Below, piece by piece: positions 28,801 through 36,924 of a stretch of 48,009 nucleotides of DNA. Within the stretch, counting starts at the first letter, position 1. Each line of letters starts with the position of its first letter. The notes below the pieces were generated by a model, which was not told where the DNA came from, ran no database searches, and worked only from the letters and a program-made list of their open reading frames with translations. The position numbers were made by a program, and so were the translations under genes. This DNA is from a virus. Lineage: Duplodnaviria > Caudoviricetes. The DNA is taken from the IMG/VR virus record IMGVR_UViG_3300044530_000382, positions 1 through 48,009 of that record. One strand, 5' to 3'.

Positions 28801-30263
28801 TACAGGCTAGCCTTGTAGGGCGTGCTGGGTTCATATCCCCGTTTGATACGTTGAATGCAGTAAGCCGCATTGCTTCCGGTAGTGCTGTAGGTTATGAACG
28901 CCTGCGGGCTAAGGGCGTTATCGGTCCTGTAGATGTAATCCCCGACCCGGCTGAGTTTATAAAAGCTGTGCAGGACGGTAAGGGGTTGGTAGCCAAGGGT
29001 ATGGATGGTATCAATCATGTCCACGAAGCAATGGATGCGGCTACTCGCGTAGTAGTCTACGAAAAAGCAAAGAAAGATGCTTTGAGCAAAGGCTATGATG
29101 AAGATACTGCCGACGCTATCGGTGTTATGAAAGCCAGAGAAATCATCAACTTTGCCAAGCAAGGGCGCAGCAAAACCGTTAGGGCTATCCGTGCTACGAC
29201 TCCGTTCTTTGGCGCGGCGTTGAACAGCTTGGACGTTATGGCTCGTGCCGCATTCCCTCGTAAGGTAGGACATCTTAGCAAAGCGGAAGCGATGGAAGCG
29301 AGAAGGAATTTCTACTCAACTGCGTTCATGCTGGCTACATTCACCACTGCTTATGCTGCCATGATGTCGGAAGATGAGGATTACCTGAAAGAGCCAGATC
29401 GTGTAGGCAATTGGCTAATCCCTATCGGCGGTGGCAAGTTCATCAAGATACCTATCCCGTTTGAAGCAGGGTGGTTTATAAAAGAGTTGCCTGAGCTAGC
29501 TATGCTGTTGAACTTGGGTGCTATCAACAAGAAAGAAGCGATCACAGAAGGAGCAAAGGGAGCCGCTGCCAATGTTCTGCCTCCTATGCCAACAGCTTAC
29601 GTATTACAGCCTGTTATGGAAGTTGCAGTAGACCATGACTTCTTTACTGGATCATCTATTGAAGGCAAAGATTCCTATGTCATGGTGCGAGATAGGAACA
29701 GCAAAGCAAGTAAGTTGATGACTGAAGTGGTCAACAAGATGGAGGACATGGGTGTTAATGTTCTCGGTGTATCTGCCAATCAGCTTGAGCATTTAGCTAG
29801 AAAGTATCTTGGTCAACTGTGGGCAGTCACTCGCGTTGCTTCAGATGCGTACATCAATAGAGGCAAAGTCACTCCCGAAAAAGAAGCAGGAGAATATCCT
29901 CTGGTGAGCGGTGTACTGACGACAGGCACTAAGGACCGTGCAGTGAATCAGTTCTACACTGTAGCCAAAGAAGCCTCTCAGGTGAATCAATCTCTGGAAG
30001 AAGCAGGAAAGAAAGGAGATGCTGAGCGCTTCAATCAGATCGTCAAAAACCCAGAAAATGTCAAGGCATTGAAGGGCAGTGATGAAATGAAAAAGCTGAA
30101 AGAGGAAATCGGAGAAATAAGTACAGGTATCAAACGCATAGAGAACGACCAAACTCTATCCTCTTCTGAAATGACTTCTCGAATTAAGACGCTTAAAGCG
30201 CGGCAGACGCTATTAGCTAAGCGCGGTGTAGAAGTTGCTCGTAAATTGGGAATGGAAATTTAG
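22821..30263 (+). CDS. giant polyvalent internal virion protein (tail lysozyme + FtsK-gamma + ART-like + HExxH peptidase + LPD38-like)
   Basis: QAAAIVGNL.QES...GLGQW..R (tail lysozyme, ~23050-23460); LYNEA..HV...G.AS.S.LQRKLK.....A..L...L...G.VS (FtsK-gamma, ~25650-25817); VVDEQGNP..MYHGT...HFTSD...NPL...GYDG...YIAF.PEQ (ART, ~25866-26350); HEAVH at 26880-26894; IPIPFEAG (LPD38-like, ~29350-29800). Confidence 0.8.
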   Translation: MATNTGLAALFDPSYQTGDPELDALFGLTGQPVEDLPPLRYPERGEIAGIEAPVRGEAPLPIKTGKGGKGTENLKSAYQYFVSQGFAPHQAAAIVGNLAQESAGRTTAVGGNVLPNDPHSVGLGQWNRERLYGGKGYVGLIPFAKQRGSSPEDLQTQLDYVMQELRGPERAAYNSLMQAGSLEEATRVFGKAYERPREKYADYGNRIAQARKYLGAETPDLVVSQTPQGLQKTQQESPYYPVRLSDGQVFDVEKGMGLDEVATMLQQNNINAKPLRSYVAPDGQEFDVEYDMTDDEIQNMLKGQKPVAPEESNYLGALKYGAQQAVSGIAQGAGTEIGELGKAVEGFSPTIGGYLQEKGPQLHAYGEQLGKDIEGTYERPKGLGFVEENVTYPLAETVGGVAPYAGAFMVPGVGPALGTAAVHAGSMGELESRAEAQGKEFVPSEARPYAVLDDVANMIGLNATNKLLKAFGQDAILGSREAIKAAVEKGGIEEARKVVGSRIGNIAKQFLGAEAGTIGGEVVEDVIGRAYTDQPLIGEDAFNEYWETTKQMAPLGGATGIGRGFTEHYNKATEFARLEEQAAVEEALQEQDAQRQKIEELATIGVTPEQLQKYGVRNELEGLSDEELLESFKADLAEKEVAKAARLAELPEELRDIPYREAKRYQQMLEEQEAGITDEENIEPVEEQPAPVESVSANPPVAPEMGAVEIQAEPEADEIPEPTIRGRAPEVVPEAAAEVTNPADILGLNNRSGLRKQLQGFDINNVEDHPKIEGILQKTSATFSAENLANLENKMKEVQSANGIQVPAAPDVGGKPQPEIRQEGRGAPEGGEGVRISRPEVRQVEEIKIPEGIKVEDLPNNRFRITGVDLDTAQQTLVSAKIPKGSRNEELGGLEFNNKVRDKVLSTLQPQAEMQAVPKVKTPEVPAAPKIKAPKVETPEIKNLYNEALQHVQSTGVASISGLQRKLKVNHKEANELMNRLQQDGYVSAPESNGSRYVLDKKAETPTAQKIEGKTKVVDEQGNPRVMYHGTGDIIKAFDREGLGTHFTSDPKVASAFAESFDEGANVLPVRLDIKNPLRVKDFGGSHSEATFVAEDFIKQGILPKNYVDDAFYARIMKGVAGEKANEIYQQNNAKELSKIRQEIEKQGYDGLVYDNKVEGGGDTYIAFRPEQVESAIGKNKETEVAKLPEHIEAWDNLRTADQPAFESLSKDTQKLWRDEYKASEGIVGKDAVDELAKSEKLFTKEAKASNPDVGIRPVKVEDYSDIKDTRELVKRYKEKGTDPELLKLMDTINVSPHLGALPVEWVQKGDKPHSDVVDAFNKGATAMVAWGEKTGPKMYIRADAPLREDILVHEAVHGVTEAALQRNPASAKELSDLSKQIGYSLSEEYRMAHGSKGKEASDFWNEVIKDNPGELLAYGLTSPTFREVLSQYGADGKPFKAYRTEAELNAVRKGQEKPARAFTAQAPKELTLWDKFVDAVAKLFGLPTSRKAEFKRQLDEYLNKKSTYEQKVKDYNTLRPLQERLDTAFKEALKETSKKGIDFEGTAVKQIKEEAERTTPLVKETEVEGPTEAELKEAEKRLKASGLVGAVKDKTFGDKFKGVINDLFKEGRNTSFVAEYVDIREPISKAVQDLPDNVGQKLRSDYIYSAYEQRGNVIQESYRKGFVAMGRDGTIETVADKQLALAEIFKRVGAKNHNLFNNVLVALRVRTIRAQDAETRAQANKMLNMADEMEDFASTLKNPAKRKKFNSAARNLRTVAEKKLESINWDKGRTEFTDEVVKRAETVLAGHPELVNEAENVYALLRKQVDLWENEGMIDKATADDWRKYPNYFPLYKTEKYDEQLANPSAHLDSYGAMMGKNPDKLPKVHRQEWHEHKVFVEDNLLRHITFFASAAAEHSARKNTAYNLEMVGKAERVKKDAWGDKDLIVKFRENGKDVFYRVDDVPSYYAMQSAMPLMSPLLKRMRQAGNFGRGVMIKNPLFWFRQSIREPIQASLVGRAGFISPFDTLNAVSRIASGSAVGYERLRAKGVIGPVDVIPDPAEFIKAVQDGKGLVAKGMDGINHVHEAMDAATRVVVYEKAKKDALSKGYDEDTADAIGVMKAREIINFAKQGRSKTVRAIRATTPFFGAALNSLDVMARAAFPRKVGHLSKAEAMEARRNFYSTAFMLATFTTAYAAMMSEDEDYLKEPDRVGNWLIPIGGGKFIKIPIPFEAGWFIKELPELAMLLNLGAINKKEAITEGAKGAAANVLPPMPTAYVLQPVMEVAVDHDFFTGSSIEGKDSYVMVRDRNSKASKLMTEVVNKMEDMGVNVLGVSANQLEHLARKYLGQLWAVTRVASDAYINRGKVTPEKEAGEYPLVSGVLTTGTKDRAVNQFYTVAKEASQVNQSLEEAGKKGDAERFNQIVKNPENVKALKGSDEMKKLKEEIGEISTGIKRIENDQTLSSSEMTSRIKTLKARQTLLAKRGVEVARKLGMEI

Positions 30264-30265
30264 GC

Positions 30266-30297
30266 AAAAAGAAGCCCCCGGAGGAGCGTCGGGGGCT
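30266..30297 (-). terminator. intrinsic terminator (minus strand; hairpin could also act on plus)
   Basis: Minus strand AGCCCCCG-acgctcctc-CGGGGGCT followed by TCTTTTT. Confidence 0.8.
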
Positions 30298-30344
30298 AGA
30301 GGGGGAGTGTCCCAAGGAGCAACAAAAATGAACAACAAAAACTA
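30266..30344 (-). ncRNA. candidate ~80-nt small regulatory RNA
   Basis: Lies between a near-consensus promoter (30351-30378) and a terminator (30266-30297), with no minus-strand ORF; G/U-rich with several CUCC motifs. Confidence 0.55.
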
Positions 30345-30350
30345 GGGAGC

Positions 30351-30378
30351 ATTCTACATAAAATCTTACCCCTGTCAA
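30351..30378 (-). promoter_or_regulatory. sigma70-like promoter
   Basis: Minus strand TTGACA (30378-30373), 16-nt spacer, TAGAAT (30356-30351). Confidence 0.7.
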
Positions 30379-30384
30379 TAACCT

Positions 30385-33312
30385 TCAACCGCCATTCAGC
30401 TTGCTCACATCAAACACGTAGACAAGGACAGGTGCCGTAGAATAGTTGGCAGTGCCTTCACCCAGATTCATCATTCTCTCTTCCAGCAGTGTCTGCGATG
30501 TTCTTAACCCATGCAGAATCTGAGCATTGGGCATCCGCTTTGCAGCCATCCAGCTAGCGAAGTCGGAACAAGAGACATACAGGCGGGCGTCCTTGACTTC
30601 ATGCCGACCTTTCAAAGCGCCAATCACAGGCTTGCTGACTGACTGGTTAAGCAGCACGTTGTCTACTACGGTCTGTCCGGTCTGTACGACAAGAATCTGC
30701 GCTATCACTTCGTTCCAATACTTGCTGACCACAGAGGCATGAGACTCACCCTCGACTACAAACGAGGCTTTCTTGACGTTCTCTCTTGTCTCACCAAACA
30801 GTTCAATCGCCCACTTCCATACAGGCTCAATCGGGATATCAATAATACCTAGTCTATTGGCAATCTCCCCACCCGCAAATGCCGCTGCCATACACCCAGA
30901 GTAAAAGCGCTCCTTACCTTCAGAGTTAACGACCTCATCGAATTTTCTCCTTGTCTCCAGCAGCTTGCCTTTTACATTCTCTACGTTAGGCACCACGTAC
31001 TGCATGTAGGGTTCGCAAGCGACTCCGTAGTTATAGGGGAGAATCTGCCCAAATAGCTCATCTGCCTGTGCCTTGGTAAGCTTGTCGTCCTTGTTGACCG
31101 GGACTTCCAGTATGCGGAGCATTTCGCCTTCGACCGCTGCCTTGTGCTGTTGCAGTACCGAGTGAAGACTGTTGTTGCCAGAGGTTTGAAAGATCGTCTC
31201 CCATGTAGAGTCATTCGCCCGCTCCATGTTGTCATGAGTCTTCAGTCGGTTCTTGCCCCTGCCCGATGACAAGTCAAAAGAAAGACGACTCACGGCCTCT
31301 GGTAGCATATTCGTTACTTCGTCATAGCACACCGGCAAGTTCTTCAATATCCCAGCACGGTGCAGCTTGGCATTCACGGTGTCGTTATCCGTCAGCATAC
31401 CTTTGACGGGGTTTCCCCAAATGCTTGTCGATGCTTTCTGCAACGTAGACTTGCCCACACCCGATGCGACATTAGTGAGATGCACAATCATGCTGCCTTC
31501 ACCGACGAACTTATACAGCGGAGCGCCGAACCCACAGAACAAAGCAAAGGCTCTCGCCTCATTGCCGGGATAGGCATAGGTATTCACTACTTTCTGCCAT
31601 TCCTCAAGCGTACCAATCTTAGAGTAAGTAGCGGCTACCGACTGGGCTTCCCTAGTGATCGGACTGTGTGAGATGTTGCCAGCGTCGTCAATCTCCCTAC
31701 TGCCAATTACGAAGCGCGTATCGTTGTCATGCCAGCCAAATTGTTTTCTGGCATTGGTGGCTTTGCCATCATCCTGTAGTTTCTTGATCCATGCGCCGAT
31801 GTACTTGCGTAGCAGTTCCAGTCTTTTATTGTTGGTGACAACGTGAACACCTCGCTTAGCAAGGATATCTCTTAAAGTCTCAGGTTTGAACAGGTGCGTT
31901 AAGGGTGCAGTCTCTTCGCAGAGTCCATCGTTGGGTAGCCGGATACAGATAGTTGCGTATTCTTGTTCGCCATCCTTGGCTCTATCTTTTACCCACAAGT
32001 CCCTCTCATACACCATAAACTCGTCAGGGTCTTCGTCGTCATTGCTTTCTTCCTGATCTGCACTGCCTCTATAAGCGACACCGCCACCTTTAGGTCGAAT
32101 CCACGGAAAAGGGTAGTCAGTGGGAATCTCTATCGTAACCTTCTCATTGAGTCCTTCATGATTAACCTCGACAATGTGCTCTTCAGGTGTAGCCTCTTCA
32201 ATTATCACACCCAGTGTTATAGGCGATGTGATCTTGCCTTTATGAATGCAAGTGCTGCACAACTGAGGCTGGTCAAGTTCTTTCCATTTCTCGCAGGTGC
32301 GTGGCCCCTCGGCTCTACTCGCTTTGGTAAACCATTCGTCAGGCTCAGTGCCGGGATAGTCCCGTGACACCATCTCAATACCCTCGACTCTATCTATGCA
32401 GAACTGAGCAATCGACAGAGCAGCGTGCCACATCGGTTCTTCAAGCGTAGCGCGATTAGCTACACAATAGGCAATCTGCGGACATCCGGCACTTCGCTCA
32501 ACTTTCCTCTTAACAAGGCGGTCTACGAGAATGCCGCCCGCTTGCTCTACTTGCTCTACAACTTCTTCGATGCGCTCTACAGTATCAATACTTTTTTTGT
32601 AAATTCGGCTGAACTTGAATGTGCGGCTTGTCTGCATCAACTTTTCCATGACAGGATCGGTCGAATGCACAGGTGCGTAATCTTCGCGTGAAACATAGCC
32701 TATACAGGCTGAAAAATGCGCTAATGAAATATCTTCCCCAAGACTGCGTAATACTACTTTTTTATGATTGTTATCGCGTTTTTTATTGGTCGTGCCGGGT
32801 ACTCTGAGAATACGAGGACCATCTGCTGTCACTACTGGGTCTGCTTTCAGACCCAATTCATTTGTTTTGCGCTTTAACGCATTAGCTATCGGCTTCCACG
32901 TGTTGTAGTCAATGGCTGTATCCAAGCTCCAATAAGCATGAACACCGAAGCCGGAATCGACCAGTGTGGGGAGAGGCATCCTAAGATCGTTACAAAAGGC
33001 GACCAGTGCTGTAACAGCCTCTTTTTTTGTTTGGTATCCGCCTTCTTTGCCACAATCGATATCCACACGGAAGCTCTTTAGCGCCTGAATATTGTATTGG
33101 TCTTGTGGCACACCACTGCGTTGGAACGTAGCAGAGGCGAAATAGACTTCTCTTCCTGCTTTGTCTAATGCTTCGATAGCATCGTATATCTCTGGATCAC
33201 CCTGCTCAAAATAGAAAAGTTTTGGGGGCGCTGAGCGGTCATACATCAAGCCTCTGATGCCGAGCAAGCCATCTTCTGGCAGTATCTTATTAAATAATGT
33301 TTCTGATTCCAT
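30385..33312 (-). CDS. primase-helicase (AEP-like primase + Cys-rich domain + DUF927/P-loop helicase)
   Basis: RVDID, SGFGVHAYW, RILRVPGT (primase-polymerase); Cys cluster PRTC...CSTC; FGWH (DUF927-like); Walker A ASGVGKST and Walker B CYDE. Confidence 0.85.
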   Translation of the reverse strand: MESETLFNKILPEDGLLGIRGLMYDRSAPPKLFYFEQGDPEIYDAIEALDKAGREVYFASATFQRSGVPQDQYNIQALKSFRVDIDCGKEGGYQTKKEAVTALVAFCNDLRMPLPTLVDSGFGVHAYWSLDTAIDYNTWKPIANALKRKTNELGLKADPVVTADGPRILRVPGTTNKKRDNNHKKVVLRSLGEDISLAHFSACIGYVSREDYAPVHSTDPVMEKLMQTSRTFKFSRIYKKSIDTVERIEEVVEQVEQAGGILVDRLVKRKVERSAGCPQIAYCVANRATLEEPMWHAALSIAQFCIDRVEGIEMVSRDYPGTEPDEWFTKASRAEGPRTCEKWKELDQPQLCSTCIHKGKITSPITLGVIIEEATPEEHIVEVNHEGLNEKVTIEIPTDYPFPWIRPKGGGVAYRGSADQEESNDDEDPDEFMVYERDLWVKDRAKDGEQEYATICIRLPNDGLCEETAPLTHLFKPETLRDILAKRGVHVVTNNKRLELLRKYIGAWIKKLQDDGKATNARKQFGWHDNDTRFVIGSREIDDAGNISHSPITREAQSVAATYSKIGTLEEWQKVVNTYAYPGNEARAFALFCGFGAPLYKFVGEGSMIVHLTNVASGVGKSTLQKASTSIWGNPVKGMLTDNDTVNAKLHRAGILKNLPVCYDEVTNMLPEAVSRLSFDLSSGRGKNRLKTHDNMERANDSTWETIFQTSGNNSLHSVLQQHKAAVEGEMLRILEVPVNKDDKLTKAQADELFGQILPYNYGVACEPYMQYVVPNVENVKGKLLETRRKFDEVVNSEGKERFYSGCMAAAFAGGEIANRLGIIDIPIEPVWKWAIELFGETRENVKKASFVVEGESHASVVSKYWNEVIAQILVVQTGQTVVDNVLLNQSVSKPVIGALKGRHEVKDARLYVSCSDFASWMAAKRMPNAQILHGLRTSQTLLEERMMNLGEGTANYSTAPVLVYVFDVSKLNGG

Positions 33313-33334
33313 GATGCCTGCCTACTAACGAAAG

Positions 33335-33355
33335 GGGCGGTGGAGTGCACCGCCC
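33335..33355 (-). terminator. hairpin / weak terminator between SSB-like gene and primase
   Basis: GGGCGGTG...CACCGCCC stem; minus strand continues CTTTCGTT. Confidence 0.5.
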
Positions 33356-33381
33356 GTAAAAGGATGTTCTCTTATCCTAAA

Positions 33382-34284
33382 TCAATCGTCAGTAGCCCAG
33401 TCGTCCAGAATAGCTTCAACAGATTCCGTCTTGACCGGAGCCGCGTTGGTCTTTGACTTACGCACGGTAGGCTCCTCTTCTTCCACTACGGCAGGCTTAG
33501 CTTCTTCACGAAACGGAGACGCCTTGGGTGCGGTAGCTTCTGCGGTCTTAGCCAAATCCATCTGAGCAGGATTGAAAGCAATAGCAGACAGTGCCTCTGG
33601 ACTCTGGCCCTTTTCGATGATAGCTGCCATTTCGCTTTCATTCAAAGAACGAGCAGCGCGGAAGAACAGCTTGGGAGACTCTGCTGATTCATCGAACCGC
33701 ATTTCTGTTACTACACGAGTGATCGAATAGTTGAACCCTGCCAAGTGCTTAACGTAAGCATCCAGTGCCATATCATCATCACCCTTGGCTTTACCGAAGA
33801 TGGACGTAGCCGGAAGCGTTAGCTGGTAGACATCGCTGTTCTCGACATTGTTAGCTAGAACCACCGCCAACCTACGGCTGAAGCGACATGCACGGCCCTT
33901 ACCATTGGTGCCAGACCCTGCGATATTCTTGGGGCAAGTCTCACACGATGAGCCTTGCGGTGCTGGAGCCTTGGGGTCAGGACGCTTACCATCATTCGAC
34001 CAGCAGTCAGGCAGACCTACCGCAGTGGGGTCAAAGGTCTTGGCATAGAAGGTACGGCTCACATCAGGAGCCGCGTTAACGACTACGACATCCATCTTGG
34101 GTTCAGGACTACGCGCAGTCTCTTGACCATTGACGATCATGCGGAATTTGCTACCCCGCAGAGAGATACGCTTGTAGTTGCCCCCATTACCCAGCAGCTT
34201 CTTGGTTACATCATCCAGACCCTGAGCGCTTGATACGATGGAGGTCTGGTCACGAAACAGCGTTACATTCGACATAGTATTCAC
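33382..34284 (-). CDS. putative single-stranded DNA-binding protein
   Basis: RISLRGSKF, CWS.DG..P...C..CP.N..GS...GRAC motifs; acidic aromatic tail ILDDWATDD; position in the replication module. Confidence 0.65.
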   Translation of the reverse strand: MNTMSNVTLFRDQTSIVSSAQGLDDVTKKLLGNGGNYKRISLRGSKFRMIVNGQETARSPEPKMDVVVVNAAPDVSRTFYAKTFDPTAVGLPDCWSNDGKRPDPKAPAPQGSSCETCPKNIAGSGTNGKGRACRFSRRLAVVLANNVENSDVYQLTLPATSIFGKAKGDDDMALDAYVKHLAGFNYSITRVVTEMRFDESAESPKLFFRAARSLNESEMAAIIEKGQSPEALSAIAFNPAQMDLAKTAEATAPKASPFREEAKPAVVEEEEPTVRKSKTNAAPVKTESVEAILDDWATDD

Positions 34285-34287
34285 CTA

Positions 34288-34698
34288 TTAGATTTTTTTG
34301 GAAGGACGACGCACAGTAACGGAGTACGCCCTGTCAGTATTCATACCCATTGGGAACACGTCGGGGTTATCTTCTAGGAAGTCCCTCATTGCTCCGTTAC
34401 TGATTCTCTTCTCAAGCAGGTATGGTGCCTGATGCGTGTTGATGAACTGATAGAGGGAATCCCAGTCTGTTGTGTAGTATTTTGTCGCCACACTGCGAAT
34501 GATCGTCCCCGAAGTTGTCTTTATGCTAGTAGCGTTTTGCTCTTGGCAGATTCTGTTCATCTCTGCTTGTAGCATTTCCATCTGCACTTTCAATTCAGCT
34601 TCTTTTTCCTCGTTCTCTTTTTTCAGAGCGTAGTAAGCATCTCGCAGATTTAAGAAGGCAGCGGCTAATTTGTCCGCTGTCGGTTTTTCAGTATCCAT
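34288..34698 (-). CDS. conserved coiled-coil replication-module protein
   Basis: ATG 34698 with SD GAGG is preferred, because the 34767 ATG abuts the -10 box. Motifs KT..GT, DWD...FI, LLEKRIS, VTVRR. Confidence 0.7.
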   Translation of the reverse strand: MDTEKPTADKLAAAFLNLRDAYYALKKENEEKEAELKVQMEMLQAEMNRICQEQNATSIKTTSGTIIRSVATKYYTTDWDSLYQFINTHQAPYLLEKRISNGAMRDFLEDNPDVFPMGMNTDRAYSVTVRRPSKKI

Positions 34699-34767
34699 AA
34701 TAACCTCGCGTAGTAATGCGTGAATCGCGTTATCAACATCTCCCACATAGCGTGTGGGGGCAGACAT

Positions 34768-34796
34768 AGTATAGCAAAATCAAAGGGTTACGTCAA
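34768..34796 (-). promoter_or_regulatory. strong sigma70-like promoter (extended -10)
   Basis: Minus strand TTGACG (34796-34791), 17-nt spacer ending TGc, TATACT (34773-34768). A 5' UTR hairpin CCCACA/TGTGGG follows. Confidence 0.75.
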
Positions 34797-36352
34797 ATAT
34801 CACCTCCCAAAAAGTTCTTGTACATGGACAACAGAGTGCTCTGCGCTAGTGTACGATCTTCCAACGCCTTGTACAACTGCTTCTCCACCCCACTACTGCA
34901 CAGATGAACAACCAAACAAGGATTCCTCTGCCCCTGTCTGTGGACTCTGGCATTCGCCTGCAAGTACGTCTCTGCGCTTGTCGTCGGGGAGAACCATATT
35001 ACAGTATTTGCCGCTGTCAATGTAACCCCGTGGGCAGCTGCTTGAGGTTGTATCACCAACACTTCCGGCTCCTTGCTCTCTTGGAAATTTCTAAAGATTT
35101 CTGTACGTTTTTTCGCGCTCACTCCTCCATGAATGGCAGAGCTAGAAATCCCATGCTTCTGCAAGAACTCCTGAACAGTGTCGATAGAATGCCGGAATGC
35201 GCAGAATATCAGCGTCTTATGCGAGGCTCCCTGCACGATGTTCAGCATCTCGTTCAGCTTGTTGGAAGCATCGAACTGCACCACCTCACCCGTATCAGAA
35301 TACACCGCTCCCGATGAAATCTGCAAGAGTTTGCCCAACTGCACTGCTGCATTGACCGCAGACACCTCTTCACCCGCTGCTTGGATCAACATCTCCTTAC
35401 GCAACTTGCTGTAATACTTCTCCTGCTGCGCTGTCATCGGCACTTCGTATGTTGTGTACAACTGCTCCGGTAGGTCTAGGCACTCCTCTGTGGTGTAGCG
35501 AATCGCTGGTTGGAGAACGCTGTGTACGATCTCTTGTGCCTCTGGTCTGGGTATCCATTTGAACTGCGTAATTTTTATCATCACTTTGTCTTTGAACGCT
35601 CCAGCATACGAAGGTACAGCGCTAGGGTTCACGATCTTAGCTTGCCCGTATGCGTCCTCTGGCGACTGCGCTGCTGGAGTACCTGTCATGAGCCACACCC
35701 ATGTGTCAGGACCGATCAAAGAGTTGAATGCTTTCCAGCGTCTCGTCTTGGCATTCTTCAGATAGCTAGACTCATCAGCGATAATCAAGTCAAACCCTGC
35801 CGCTGCCAACTCATCCCGTACAACCTCTACACCATCGTAGTTGATGATGACAAAATCATAGTTGCCTTTAATGACGTTCACTCTCTGCTCTCTCGACCCA
35901 TGCGCGATACCGACCCTGCGGTGCATCACAGTCTTGAACAAATCCGAGCGCCATGCACAGTCCATGATAGAGAGAGGACAGACCACCAGCACTCTACGAA
36001 TAGCCCCGACAGAAAGCAAGTAATCAGCAGCCCACGCTGCCGCATTCGTCTTCCCACTGCCCATCGCGTTTAAGCAGAAGGCTCTCTTATGGATCGTCAG
36101 AAACGCCGCCGTATCCTTCTGGTGTGCGAACGGCTTGTACATTCCCGGCCATGCGTAGTGCCCCAGTATAGGAGACAGCACCTTCTTGAAGCCAAGGTTT
36201 TTGAGGATCATAGCGTGACCTAAATCCCAATGCACCAGCACCTCTGCCACACCCTCTTCGTCTTTGATGACCTTAGACTTCTGTATTACTTGCGTAATTT
36301 TATCTGGATCACGTGTGCGAACCAGTAACGCATTGTTATGAACGATTTCCAT
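34793..36352 (-). CDS. SNF2-family (SF2) DNA helicase
   Basis: PFAHQ, MGSGKT, ADES, LMTGTP, HGVTLT, QANARVHRQGQ motifs. Confidence 0.9.
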   Translation of the reverse strand: MEIVHNNALLVRTRDPDKITQVIQKSKVIKDEEGVAEVLVHWDLGHAMILKNLGFKKVLSPILGHYAWPGMYKPFAHQKDTAAFLTIHKRAFCLNAMGSGKTNAAAWAADYLLSVGAIRRVLVVCPLSIMDCAWRSDLFKTVMHRRVGIAHGSREQRVNVIKGNYDFVIINYDGVEVVRDELAAAGFDLIIADESSYLKNAKTRRWKAFNSLIGPDTWVWLMTGTPAAQSPEDAYGQAKIVNPSAVPSYAGAFKDKVMIKITQFKWIPRPEAQEIVHSVLQPAIRYTTEECLDLPEQLYTTYEVPMTAQQEKYYSKLRKEMLIQAAGEEVSAVNAAVQLGKLLQISSGAVYSDTGEVVQFDASNKLNEMLNIVQGASHKTLIFCAFRHSIDTVQEFLQKHGISSSAIHGGVSAKKRTEIFRNFQESKEPEVLVIQPQAAAHGVTLTAANTVIWFSPTTSAETYLQANARVHRQGQRNPCLVVHLCSSGVEKQLYKALEDRTLAQSTLLSMYKNFLGGDI

Positions 36353-36403
36353 ATTCCTAAACCCACCGCTTGGGGAGCGGCAACCCGTTAAAAAGGAGAA
36401 CGA

Positions 36404-36643
36404 CTAGAGAATATCGTAAACGTCTTCGTCGTCTATGGTTGGTTTCAGTACCTCAAGCACATCCATTTTTCTCAACTCTGGGTCATACACCCAGTTACGG
36501 ACTGTCTTGTAGCAGTGCTTTCGCTCTCTTCTGGCTATGGTAAAGGCAAAGTTGATGAACTCTTCCAAGTAGCGATCAACCACATCGCCCGGTAATCCTG
36601 AGTTGGCAGCTAGCTGCCGTACAGCTGTCGGTGTAACTCTCAT
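36404..36643 (-). CDS. hypothetical protein
   Basis: ATGA-coupled to the upstream ORF. Confidence 0.55.
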   Translation of the reverse strand: MRVTPTAVRQLAANSGLPGDVVDRYLEEFINFAFTIARRERKHCYKTVRNWVYDPELRKMDVLEVLKPTIDDEDVYDIL

Positions 36644-36924
36644 TTTTTCTTCTTAGGACTATCGTATGTCGAGGCGGGTTTGTGATTGCTGGAACGCTTG
36701 AAGCTACGGTTGTCTGATGGAGAAGTTAGAAAGTACCCGTCGCCATTACTACCACCACGAGAGAGATTCTTCTTGTGAGCGATGTCTTTGCCCTTTCTAT
36801 CTACACCTTCCTTATCCAGCTTTCTACGTAGCGTCTGACGAGCGAGTTTGGCCTTCAGCACTCCGCCGTCTTTCTCTTGACGTTCTTTCTCTCGCTGCCA
36901 ATCTCTGGAATAATTTCTCGGCAT
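36640..36924 (-). CDS. small HNH-like protein
   Basis: RNY..., GKDIAHKK.LS.GGSN....SDNRS pattern. Confidence 0.6.
   Translation of the reverse strand: MPRNYSRDWQREKERQEKDGGVLKAKLARQTLRRKLDKEGVDRKGKDIAHKKNLSRGGSNGDGYFLTSPSDNRSFKRSSNHKPASTYDSPKKKK

Noticed and set aside
464-30152. Many minus-strand ORFs in the left arm (e.g. 464-1027, 24815-25540)
   Set aside because: Antisense shadows of well-supported plus-strand genes, without recognisable motifs or RBS.
30328-30345. Plus-strand mini-ORF MNNKN with a good SD
   Set aside because: Only 5 residues and located past the hairpin. More simply explained as the complement of the sRNA seed, though not excluded.
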